DNA of 37,664 nucleotides from a virus (taxonomy: Duplodnaviria; Caudoviricetes). The translations under genes and the position numbers were made by a program. The stretch spans positions 1 through 37,664 of the IMG/VR virus record IMGVR_UViG_3300020469_003155. One strand, written 5' to 3'. Below, one piece after another: positions 10,006 to 18,703 of this stretch; position 1 is the first letter of the stretch; each line of letters begins with the position of its first letter. Below the pieces are notes generated by a model that searched no databases, was not told where the DNA came from, and saw only the letters and a list, made by a program, of their open reading frames with translations.

Positions 10006-11951
10006 TGGCATACATTGGAAAATCCACACCAATCTCGGTTGAAGACACTGTAAGTAAAAGTGCAGGCGGCACATTTGGCGGTGATGTTGGTGTTACTGGT
10101 ACACTAACAGCTACTAGTTTTAGTGGTAGCGGATTAGGCTTAACAGATATTATTTTTGATACGACTCCACAACTTGGTGGCAACTTAGATGCAAATACAA
10201 AAAACATAACAAACATTGGTAATGTTGGTATTGGTACAACCGGTACAGATGGTAAACTTAATGTTGTAAGCACAGCTCACAATAACGGTGCAATCTTTGA
10301 TAGCACAGGCACTACTCAACTATGGCTTAGAGATACTGATGCAACAAGCAATCAGCGAAATTGGGGATTTCAAATTAGCGGCGGTGATTTTAATATAATT
10401 CGTGCAAATGACGACAGAGCTAGTGGATTTGTTACACCAATTTATATGCAACAAGCTCCTAGTAATTCTTTAGCTATAAACAGTAGTGGTCATGTTGGTT
10501 TTGGACATGGATCTCCAAGTGCTCCGATAGATGTTGTCACTAATAGCAATGTTTATGCGGCTGAATTTAGACAGTCAAATACCTCAAATGGTGATGGCGT
10601 AATTATAGAAGTAGGCAGTACAGCGTCAGTAGATTATGCTTTAACGGTAAGGTCCGATGCAGGTAACACTTCTGTGTTGGCGGCTAAAGCAGACGCTAAA
10701 GTTGGTATTGGAACTTTTAGTCCGGACAAAACTTTGACAGTAAGAGGCACTTCTGGAGATGTTGTTCAAGCAAAAATTGTATATGCCGGCAGTGATGGCA
10801 ATCGTTCGGGACTTATATTACAAAATACACACACAGGCGGACGTGAATATGGTTTATATGTAGGTAACAATAGTACTGGCGCAGGCTTAGGAAATAGTTT
10901 TGGTGTTATGGATAATACTGCTAGTGCATATAGATTAATTATTGATAGCTCGGGTAATGTTGGTATTGGTACTACTTCAATTCCTTCTGCCGATAGTGCA
11001 TACTTAACAGTAGGCACTCAAGATTATGCTATAAGTCATAACGGATTTTCTAAAAACTCATACTTCGATGGATCAAGTTACACGGCTGTTACCAACTCCG
11101 CTGGTAAACTTATTCAAATGGGTGATGATATTGTTTTTTATCATGCACCTACTGTGGCGGCAGGTGCGGCACAAACACTAGATGAAGTAATGTCTATTAA
11201 ATCAGCTACATCAGAGCCAATATTAAATGTAACTGGAGCTGGCTATGGCTATACGCATGGTGCAATGGCTTTAAAGAGTGATACTGGTTATGACGCTCGT
11301 GTTAGAGGGCAAGGTATTTTTCTTTTCAATGAAGAGAATGATACAACTTGGTATGCTGGAACTCCTTATCTAAACACAACTGCAGGTAATAGACCATTTG
11401 ATTTTAACTTTCAATCAGGTACAACTTCTCTTTCACCAATAACAGCCACTGGAACTGGAACTTATACTGCGACACGGATACACGCTTCTGGTGTTATTTC
11501 TACACCCGCTGGAATAGAACTAGGCAGTGGCGTAGATGCTACAGCGGCAAATACACTAGACGATTATGAAGAAGGCACATTTACTGCAACTGCTGGCAAT
11601 AGTGTCACTTTATACGCGAACTATGATCTTTTACATTATACAAAAGTAGGTAGATTGGTTACTATAACTGGTCAAGTAAGAGTAGAAAATAGCAATGGTA
11701 GTGCTGGTTTTAGGATAAGTAATTTTCCATTTACTCACGTTGGTAATACTGAGGGAGAAGGTCATACTTTTGGTGCTGTAAGACTATATAACTGGACTAT
11801 TCCAAGCGGGGGTTATTATATTGGTTGTTTTATGGCTCCAGGTTCAACTACTTGTTATGTTGAGTATGTACAAAATAATAGTTATACAGCTGAGCTACCA
11901 TCAGATGCGGGTGCTTATATAATGTTTGGTTATACATATACAGCGGCATGA
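10005..11951 (+). CDS. Tail fiber-like protein with DDYEEGT-type C-terminal domain
   Basis: MAYIG N-terminus, GNVGIGT repeats, C-terminal ANTLDDYEEGTFT...YTKVGRLVTI domain common in marine phage fibers. Confidence 0.82.
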   Translation: MAYIGKSTPISVEDTVSKSAGGTFGGDVGVTGTLTATSFSGSGLGLTDIIFDTTPQLGGNLDANTKNITNIGNVGIGTTGTDGKLNVVSTAHNNGAIFDSTGTTQLWLRDTDATSNQRNWGFQISGGDFNIIRANDDRASGFVTPIYMQQAPSNSLAINSSGHVGFGHGSPSAPIDVVTNSNVYAAEFRQSNTSNGDGVIIEVGSTASVDYALTVRSDAGNTSVLAAKADAKVGIGTFSPDKTLTVRGTSGDVVQAKIVYAGSDGNRSGLILQNTHTGGREYGLYVGNNSTGAGLGNSFGVMDNTASAYRLIIDSSGNVGIGTTSIPSADSAYLTVGTQDYAISHNGFSKNSYFDGSSYTAVTNSAGKLIQMGDDIVFYHAPTVAAGAAQTLDEVMSIKSATSEPILNVTGAGYGYTHGAMALKSDTGYDARVRGQGIFLFNEENDTTWYAGTPYLNTTAGNRPFDFNFQSGTTSLSPITATGTGTYTATRIHASGVISTPAGIELGSGVDATAANTLDDYEEGTFTATAGNSVTLYANYDLLHYTKVGRLVTITGQVRVENSNGSAGFRISNFPFTHVGNTEGEGHTFGAVRLYNWTIPSGGYYIGCFMAPGSTTCYVEYVQNNSYTAELPSDAGAYIMFGYTYTAA

Positions 11952-11960
11952 TAATAAATT

Positions 11961-11982
11961 ACCTTTAGTGGATTCTAAAGGT
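11961..11982 (+). promoter_or_regulatory. Perfect hairpin with GGA-containing loop upstream of an RBS
   Basis: ACCTTTAG-tggatt-CTAAAGGT, no U-tract, immediately before GGAC-AAA-AGGAG and ATG 12002. Confidence 0.55.
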
Positions 11983-12001
11983 GGACAAAAGGAGAAATAA
12001 A

Positions 12002-12259
12002 ATGGCGATTACAAAAGAAATACAACAAGATAAAATTGAAGTAGTAGGCGAGTTTAAACTCATCCAGGTGAGGACTGCTACTATTATAAAAGAAGATGGT
12101 GCAGAAATTTCAAGAACTTTTTCACGTCATGTTGTAGCACCAGATGCAGACATTTCAGGTGAAAGTGCAGAAGTTCAAGCAATATGTGGTGTAGTACATA
12201 CCGATGCAGTAAAGTCAGCGTATGAAGCACACATAATCGCTAACACTCCCGGTGAATAA
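12002..12259 (+). CDS. Small partner of the DDYEEGT-type fiber (putative chaperone/tip protein)
   Basis: MAITKEIQQDKIEVVG..IQVRTATIIKEDG.EISRTFSRHV. Start moved from GTG 11981 to ATG 12002 because AGGAG lies at 11990-11994. Confidence 0.78.
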   Translation: MAITKEIQQDKIEVVGEFKLIQVRTATIIKEDGAEISRTFSRHVVAPDADISGESAEVQAICGVVHTDAVKSAYEAHIIANTPGE

Positions 12260-12262
12260 ATA
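12257..12262 (+). promoter_or_regulatory. T4-type late promoter overlapping stop codon
   Basis: aTAAATA, then AGGA RBS, ATG 12286. Confidence 0.7.
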
Positions 12263-12285
12263 TGTGTATAGAACAGGATAGTTAA

Positions 12286-14697
12286 ATGCCATATATTGGA
12301 CAGGGTTTAGAACAGGGCAGACGGCAGTTATATACATTTACTGCTACAGCCAGTCAGACAACTTTTAGTGCTTCATACACACCAGGTTTTGTAGACGTTT
12401 ATCAAAATGGTATCTTACTAACACCTGATGATTATACTGCAACCAACGGCACTAGTATTGTACTAGGCGCCGGTGCGGCTGTTAGCGATGAAATTACAAT
12501 TATTGCACAACACACATTCACTTTGGCTGATGTAGTAAGTTCTAGTAGTGGCGGAACCTTTACAGGTGACGTTACAATGGCAGGTAACTTAACTGTTCAA
12601 GGCACAACTATTACAGTGGATACAAACACTGCACAAACACTTGCATTAGGTGATGCTGATAAAATTAAGTTGGGTGATGACGGTGACTTAGAAATATATC
12701 ACAGTGGAGCAGATAGTTTTATAGATGACACTGGTACAGGTAGCATTTTTATTCGTTCAGGAACAACATATTTGCAAAATGCCGCAGGTACTAAAACAAG
12801 TATACAAACCAATGCTGGTGCAGGACAAACACTTTATTATAATAATACATCTAAATTTCAAACAACTGATAATGGTGCATTAGTTGGCGATGGACTTGGT
12901 ACTGAAGTTTTAACTATACTAGCAGATTCAAGTGGTGAAAGTCAATTGAGATTTGCAGACGGAACAACTGGTACTGCGGCATATCAAGGTAGAGTAGAGT
13001 ACGAACATACAGCTGGTAAATTAAATCTAGGCGCAGGTGGTGTAACACAAGTTACTATAGATTCATCAGGCAACATGGGACTTGGTACTAACAGTCCAAC
13101 TCCTACTGCATCAAACTATGACAGTGCAAGTTTTCATATTAGTCAAGTAGGCAGTTCAAGTGTAGGAGCTCAAATAAGATTTAGTACTGGAGCAACTGGT
13201 CACACAGCCAGTGATGGTACATTTATGGCACAGTGGGCTGATAGTAATTTTTATATAACCAATCAGGAAGCAAATGCTGATATTAGATTCAATGCTGGTG
13301 GTAATAGTGATATGGTTGTGTTTGATGGACAAAATGGTGGTGTTGGGATTAACTTTAGCGATCCAGCCTCAACAGGTGCAAAGTTAGCAGTGATGGGAAT
13401 TGCAGGCTCAAATGCTATATTTGTTAAAGGCAATGCAGGGTCAGGCACTAGTTGGGGTATGGGAATTAATGCAGGAAGCACTAGTGCTGATGCTAGTTTT
13501 AGAGTGTATGACAAAGATGGCTCTAATTCTTACCTTTATGTACGAGGTGATGGTAATGTTGGTATTGGTACAGAAAGTCCAGCAGGAATTCACAGTCTAG
13601 CTAAAGTTTTAGAAATATCCGGAGGCGATGGGGGAGACCTTATCATAGGAAATAATGCTTCTTCAAATATCGGAGCAGGTGCTCATATAGGAGCAATAGC
13701 TTTTAAAAACATAGATTCAAGTACTGGTAGTGCTCCACACTATGCAGGCATAGTAAGTAGAGCAACAGATACAAGCGGAAACATGGATCTTCGTTTTTAC
13801 ACAGGTACAACAAATTTAGAAACTGACACTCCTTCACTTTATATTAATAGCTCAAACAATGTTAGTATTGGTGGACATAGTACTGATTATAAGCTACGAG
13901 TTAGAGGCGCCGCCAGTAGTGGAGGCAAGGTACTAATTCAAACTGACGGAGCATTTGCTGGTACAGATGAAGCCATGCTTGACTTTAGGCACTATGATGA
14001 CAGTGGTAATCCTAGTGGTAGAATAAGTCTAACAGGAACCTCTAACTATACCGGTGATATGATATTTAAAGTTAGAACTGGAGGAACATCTGGAGCTGGC
14101 GGCGCAGGTTTAACAAGAGTTATGACATTGATATCTGCTGGTAGCGGAAGAGCTGTTTTTAGTCCAACAGGCACCGCAGATGGACAAGGTGTCACTACAT
14201 ATGCTAATGGCGCAAATGGTCATTATGTTTCTTGTACAGGTACATCTAACTATTGGATAACAAACCATGGTGTATCTTCGGCTACAGGAACCTTAAGTAC
14301 ATTCTATAATAATTCAACCTATTGTGGTGGTATTGTCGTTACTAGTACAAATGTAACACAGTACCAATCAGCTTCAGATTACAGATTAAAAGAAAATGTT
14401 GTTCCAATGACAGGAGCAACCGAAAGACTCAAACAGTTAAATCCAGTTACGTTTGATTGGATAAATTCTGGAGAGAGTTCAGAAGGGTTTTTAGCTCACG
14501 AAGTAGGTGAGATAGTACCTATATCTACTAGTGGTACAAAAGACGAAGTGTATGATGAGGCAGGTTCAGATGACAATCCTAATGTTAACGTGGGTGATCC
14601 TAAATATCAAAGCGTAGATCCTGCTAAACTAGTACCACTGTTAGTAAAAACTATACAAGAATTAGAAGCTAGAATAACACAATTAGAGAGTGCATAA
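12286..14697 (+). CDS. Tail fiber protein with C-terminal intramolecular chaperone (peptidase S74)
   Basis: MPYIG start, FTATASQTTF...VDVYQNG domain, GNVGIGT repeats, SDYRLKENV...LNPVTFDW...GFLAHEV...LVPLLVKTIQELEARITQLE. Confidence 0.9.
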   Translation: MPYIGQGLEQGRRQLYTFTATASQTTFSASYTPGFVDVYQNGILLTPDDYTATNGTSIVLGAGAAVSDEITIIAQHTFTLADVVSSSSGGTFTGDVTMAGNLTVQGTTITVDTNTAQTLALGDADKIKLGDDGDLEIYHSGADSFIDDTGTGSIFIRSGTTYLQNAAGTKTSIQTNAGAGQTLYYNNTSKFQTTDNGALVGDGLGTEVLTILADSSGESQLRFADGTTGTAAYQGRVEYEHTAGKLNLGAGGVTQVTIDSSGNMGLGTNSPTPTASNYDSASFHISQVGSSSVGAQIRFSTGATGHTASDGTFMAQWADSNFYITNQEANADIRFNAGGNSDMVVFDGQNGGVGINFSDPASTGAKLAVMGIAGSNAIFVKGNAGSGTSWGMGINAGSTSADASFRVYDKDGSNSYLYVRGDGNVGIGTESPAGIHSLAKVLEISGGDGGDLIIGNNASSNIGAGAHIGAIAFKNIDSSTGSAPHYAGIVSRATDTSGNMDLRFYTGTTNLETDTPSLYINSSNNVSIGGHSTDYKLRVRGAASSGGKVLIQTDGAFAGTDEAMLDFRHYDDSGNPSGRISLTGTSNYTGDMIFKVRTGGTSGAGGAGLTRVMTLISAGSGRAVFSPTGTADGQGVTTYANGANGHYVSCTGTSNYWITNHGVSSATGTLSTFYNNSTYCGGIVVTSTNVTQYQSASDYRLKENVVPMTGATERLKQLNPVTFDWINSGESSEGFLAHEVGEIVPISTSGTKDEVYDEAGSDDNPNVNVGDPKYQSVDPAKLVPLLVKTIQELEARITQLESA

Positions 14698-14729
14698 TGC
14701 CTTACATAGGAAAATCTACACCAAGTTAA
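14697..14729 (+). pseudogene. 10-codon stump of a fiber gene (MPYIGKSTPS*)
   Basis: TAATG-coupled ATG CCT TAC ATA GGA AAA TCT ACA CCA AGT TAA. Matches the N-terminus MAYIGKSTPIS of the 10005 fiber. Confidence 0.7.
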
Positions 14730-14732
14730 ACA

Positions 14733-14765
14733 TAAATATGTATATCAGACTAGGATATACATATG
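14733..14765 (+). promoter_or_regulatory. Late promoter plus RBS/start-sequestering hairpin
   Basis: TAAATA 14733-14738. Perfect 11-bp inverted repeat ATATGTATATC (14736-14746) / GATATACATAT (14754-14764) overlapping the AGGA RBS and the ATG. Confidence 0.72.
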
Positions 14766-16508
14766 GCAATAAATTTTCCAACAAATCCAGTTAATGGACA
14801 AACATTCGTAGCACTAGGCAGAGGTTGGCAGTACAATTCATCTGCTACCGCTTGGGAAGCATTAATTCGTGTTAACACTGCATTTAGCAGTGATGATATT
14901 ACTGAAGGTACAACAAATCTCTATCAGAATCCTGAAAACATTCAAGATGAAGTAAACAACTTATTAGTAGCCGGCACAAATATTACACTTACATACAATG
15001 ATGTAGCCAATAGTCTTACCATTGATAGTACAGGCGGCGGAGGCGGAGCAACAGCTCTTGAAGATTTATCAAACGTAAGTTCAACTTCACCAAGTACTGG
15101 ACAAGTTCTCAAGTGGTCAGGATCAGAATGGGCGCCAGCTGCAGATGCAACTGGAGGCGGTGGATCTGGTATTTCACTAACAGATCTAAGTGTTGGTGCT
15201 GAAGGTACTGCAAGTGGTGATGGTGATGTTGCTTACAATAACGTAACAGGTGTGTTTACATACACCCCGCCAGACACGAGTTCATTTTTAACAAGTGTAC
15301 CAGCACAATCATTTGCAAGTTTAACAGGTAAGCCAACAACAATAGCAGGATATGGAATTACTGATGCGTTCGATGGCGCATACAATAGTTTAACAGGTAA
15401 GCCAACATTGTTTAATGGAGCATTTAGCTCATTAACAGGTAAACCTACTACAATCAGTGGTTATGGAATTACAGACGCCGCTACACAATATAGTGACAGT
15501 AATGTTGATACCCATTTAAATCAAAGTAGTGCTACAACAGGACAAATCCTAGCTTGGAATGGTACAGACTATTCATGGATAGGACAGTCAAGTGGCGGAA
15601 CTGATTTATATAATGCAAACGAAAATAGTCCTGCAGGACAACCTAATGCCACTGGAAATAATGCGGTAGCTATAGGTGATAGTGCATCAGCAACGGGGAA
15701 TGATGCCGTAGCAATTGGCGAGACTAGTGTTGCAAGTGGTATACAAAGTATAGCTCTTGGGTATAACGCTAAGGCATCTTTTCAATCTATTGCTGGTCCA
15801 AACAGTAATGCTTCAGGAGGTAACTCAATAGCATTTGGAATTGGCAGTAATTCAACAACATACGGAGCTACGGGTGATTTCAGTTTTGCGGCTGGTCTTC
15901 AAACAAAGGCGTCAGGAGATTACGCAATAGCAATAGGTAGTGAAGTAATAGCGTCAGCAACGAGGTCAGTTGCTATTGGATATGCTAGTACTAGTTCACA
16001 TAATGACTCTATTGCAATTGGTGACACAGTGTCAACTACTGCAACAAATCAAATTGCTTTAGGAAGTTCTGCAGATAGTGTACGAATTTCATCTGCATAC
16101 ACACTTCCAACAACAGACGGGACAACAGGACAAGTGCTACAAACTAACGGAGCAGGAGTATTAAGTTTTGCTACTGCTAGCGGAGGCGGAAGTACTGGTG
16201 ATATAAGTTTCAGCGGTAGTACATTATCTAGTAGTGGTAACACAATTACACTAGACGATAATGTTACAGTAACTGGTACACTAACCAGTACTCAAGCAGG
16301 TGCTCCGATTCTTACCAGTACGAGTAGTATCACACTACGAGCCAATTCTAGTAGTAGAGTACATGTAGATCAGAGTCCATTGAGATTATATAATGTATCA
16401 ACCACAAACAGAAATGCAATAACAGCCGCTGACGGCGATATGATTTATAATACTACTACATATAAAGCTCAAGTTTTTGCAAATGGTAGTTGGGTAGACC
16501 TGCATTAA
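14763..16508 (+). CDS. Fiber/adhesin with YadA-head-like repeats
   Basis: MAINFPTNP N-terminus, SLTGKPTTI.GYGITDA repeats, about ten A.G..A.AIG repeats (ATGNNAVAIGDSASATGNDAVAIG), C-terminus paralogous to the 274 gene. Confidence 0.83.
   Translation: MAINFPTNPVNGQTFVALGRGWQYNSSATAWEALIRVNTAFSSDDITEGTTNLYQNPENIQDEVNNLLVAGTNITLTYNDVANSLTIDSTGGGGGATALEDLSNVSSTSPSTGQVLKWSGSEWAPAADATGGGGSGISLTDLSVGAEGTASGDGDVAYNNVTGVFTYTPPDTSSFLTSVPAQSFASLTGKPTTIAGYGITDAFDGAYNSLTGKPTLFNGAFSSLTGKPTTISGYGITDAATQYSDSNVDTHLNQSSATTGQILAWNGTDYSWIGQSSGGTDLYNANENSPAGQPNATGNNAVAIGDSASATGNDAVAIGETSVASGIQSIALGYNAKASFQSIAGPNSNASGGNSIAFGIGSNSTTYGATGDFSFAAGLQTKASGDYAIAIGSEVIASATRSVAIGYASTSSHNDSIAIGDTVSTTATNQIALGSSADSVRISSAYTLPTTDGTTGQVLQTNGAGVLSFATASGGGSTGDISFSGSTLSSSGNTITLDDNVTVTGTLTSTQAGAPILTSTSSITLRANSSSRVHVDQSPLRLYNVSTTNRNAITAADGDMIYNTTTYKAQVFANGSWVDLH
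15318..15407 (+). repeat. 21-bp exact direct repeat within fiber gene
   Basis: AGTTTAACAGGTAAGCCAACA at 15318-15338 and 15387-15407 (SLTGKPT), with a third diverged copy near 15426. Confidence 0.85.
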
Positions 16509-16514
16509 TATATA

Positions 16515-17450
16515 ATGGAATGTATAATGCATTATAATACTATAGAACCACAAAATAACACTTTTAAAACAATTTTAGTACAAACTACATATTTTTGTCA
16601 AATGAAATGCTCTAATTGTTATTTAGGTGATATGTTGAACAACAAAAACATTCCTGATGTTGATTTTGATAGACTTTCAGAGGTATTAGGGAATTTACCT
16701 AATCGTTGCGATATAAGATTATTAGGAGCTGAGCCCACGATGAATCCACAAATATTAGATTTAATCAAATTAATTAGAGAAAAAGGACACAGGCCTTCAA
16801 TGTTAACAAATGGTTTAAAATTGTCAAATGAATTTTTTGTACAAAAGTTGAAGAAAGCAGGACTCAACACATTAGGGATTAGTATGAATGGCGGTTTATG
16901 TAACGAAACATATCAAATTTATGATAATGGTAAGTATGCAAAACAAAAAACTAAAGCATTAGATAATTGTTTAAAAAATAACATAGTACCTCATATTAAT
17001 ACAATATTAACACCTTTAAATTTACATACTTTAAAACCATTGTTAGAATTTGTAGTTGATAAAGCACTACAATATGATATAAAATTTAGTCCAATGAAGT
17101 TTCCAATAATGCTAAGACCAAAATCAATTGGAAAGATGGGTAATTTTTTAAATGAAAAAACATATAGCTTACAAGAATTAGCTGAGATTATTTCAGTGCT
17201 TACAAACAAAAAAGTTAATGATATAATGGATTCGAAAAATATAGACGGTTTTAATGAAAAGAACACCAGAGTTTTTACGTTTGACACAAAAGCCGGTCAA
17301 ATGTTATGTAAATTAACTGATTGGACAGTTGACGAAGAAGGAGTTATAGATAGAGGTAGTGAAAGAAGAGGTATCATTACACATGACTATAGACTATCTC
17401 CAGCGTTTGAATATTATGCAGAACAAGTTGGAACCTATGGAAATAATTGA
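16515..17450 (+). CDS. Radical SAM enzyme (MoaA-like core)
   Basis: CQMKCSNC (CxxxCxxC), LLGAEPT, MLTNG, GISMNG. True start may be ATG 16527. Confidence 0.88.
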   Translation: MECIMHYNTIEPQNNTFKTILVQTTYFCQMKCSNCYLGDMLNNKNIPDVDFDRLSEVLGNLPNRCDIRLLGAEPTMNPQILDLIKLIREKGHRPSMLTNGLKLSNEFFVQKLKKAGLNTLGISMNGGLCNETYQIYDNGKYAKQKTKALDNCLKNNIVPHINTILTPLNLHTLKPLLEFVVDKALQYDIKFSPMKFPIMLRPKSIGKMGNFLNEKTYSLQELAEIISVLTNKKVNDIMDSKNIDGFNEKNTRVFTFDTKAGQMLCKLTDWTVDEEGVIDRGSERRGIITHDYRLSPAFEYYAEQVGTYGNN

Positions 17451-18048
17451 TATTACAGAAGATAAGGAATTAATTAAAAAATTATCATTTGAAGCAGTTG
17501 ATTCAAATAATCCTAATCACAGAAATACAAAAAACTATATTGATTTACACAAACGAGATTTTGTAAAATTTCATATTTTGAAGGAAAAAAATCAAATAGT
17601 TTCATTTGCAGCAATGTATCAACATACTTCGTGGCCTAAAAATATAATTAAAATTGTCGATAGAATGTATACGTTTCAACAATTTAGAGTAAAAAACGGA
17701 AATGGTTTTTCTTCAAAAAAACCAAATATAAAAAACAATGATGATCATGGAGGATTATGTTCTGGTCAACTTATTCCACATCAATTTGAAATTGCTAAAG
17801 AGTTAAATTTGATTCCATTTGTTTCAGTACAATTATTAAGTAGAAGAAATGCAGTAAAAAGATGGTTAGATACTAGAATTGATAAAAAACTAAAATTTAA
17901 ATTATTAGATGGAATGTATTATGTATGTGGCGGAGATCCTAAAATAAGTATGTTGTGTTGGCAAAATGTTTTATCTACTGATAAAATTGAACTACCTTCA
18001 ATAAATATTGATATGTATAACCGCACTTTTAAAAGAGGAAAACGATGA
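17437..18048 (+). CDS. Putative GNAT-fold acyltransferase-like protein
   Basis: FHILKEKNQIVSFAAMY...KIVDRMY resembles GNAT beta3-beta4. Similar to 23747 gene (IVGFSGI...RILSRLY; both end in WQ). Start moved to ATG 17437, overlapping the upstream gene end. Confidence 0.5.
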   Translation: MEIIDITEDKELIKKLSFEAVDSNNPNHRNTKNYIDLHKRDFVKFHILKEKNQIVSFAAMYQHTSWPKNIIKIVDRMYTFQQFRVKNGNGFSSKKPNIKNNDDHGGLCSGQLIPHQFEIAKELNLIPFVSVQLLSRRNAVKRWLDTRIDKKLKFKLLDGMYYVCGGDPKISMLCWQNVLSTDKIELPSINIDMYNRTFKRGKR

Positions 18049-18677
18049 GAAATATATTAGAAAAAAGCATGCCAATAAGTTTAGATGAATTTATTAGTAT
18101 TGATAAAGAAAAATACCATGAGGTTGATATTGAAATACAAAAGATGTTTCCTAAATTACCATCGTTGTTAATAGGCAAAAAAGATAATGGTGAAAGATAC
18201 TGGATTAAAAAAGGTGAGGCAAAAGTTGATTGGGAAGTAGTTCCACTGACAGATAGTGTGTATGGTGATTCTGATTTTTATAGTTATAGACCGTGGAATA
18301 GATTTTCTAAATTTTTTCCTAAGTTAAAAAAATTTATTGAAGATCTTCCAACAAAAGGATTAGGAAGAGCATCAATTCTTAAAGTAAAAGCCGGACACGA
18401 ATCTATTCCACATATTGACCCACAATTTCTGCCTGGTGCTGATCCAATTGAAAAGTATGATAGGATTTTGAACATATGTTTTGGTACTATCAAACCTTTA
18501 TATATGTTAGAACCTCAGATGAAAACAAAACATTATTTTAATGGTAGAATAAATTGGTTAGATGTATCAGATTGGCACGGAGTTGAATCAGCAAATGTTG
18601 ATACATACACACTTAAACTTGATGTATTATTAAGTGATAAATTAAGAGAACAAATAAAGAAAAAGTATAATGTCTAA
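18045..18677 (+). CDS. Fe(II)/2OG oxygenase, Asp/Asn beta-hydroxylase-like
   Basis: GRASILKVKAGHESIPHID (HxD) ... LDVSDWHGV (distal His). ATGA overlap with the upstream gene. Confidence 0.7.
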   Translation: MRNILEKSMPISLDEFISIDKEKYHEVDIEIQKMFPKLPSLLIGKKDNGERYWIKKGEAKVDWEVVPLTDSVYGDSDFYSYRPWNRFSKFFPKLKKFIEDLPTKGLGRASILKVKAGHESIPHIDPQFLPGADPIEKYDRILNICFGTIKPLYMLEPQMKTKHYFNGRINWLDVSDWHGVESANVDTYTLKLDVLLSDKLREQIKKKYNV

Positions 18678-18703
18678 TATAGACTGTGAAGGCGTAAACA
18701 TAA

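Noticed and set aside
11961-11982. Hairpin as an intrinsic terminator
   Set aside because: No U-tract follows on the + strand, and it abuts the next RBS.
11981-12001. GTG start extension MDKRRNK of the 92-aa ORF
   Set aside because: The extension contains the AGGAG RBS for ATG 12002. Starts at 17359, 21368 and 22496 were trimmed for similar overlap/coupling reasons.
619-16508. Diversity-generating retroelement TR/VR pair suggested by the paralogous C-termini of the 274 and 14763 genes
   Set aside because: Differences are mostly synonymous and not adenine-specific, both copies are coding, and no reverse transcriptase is in the window.
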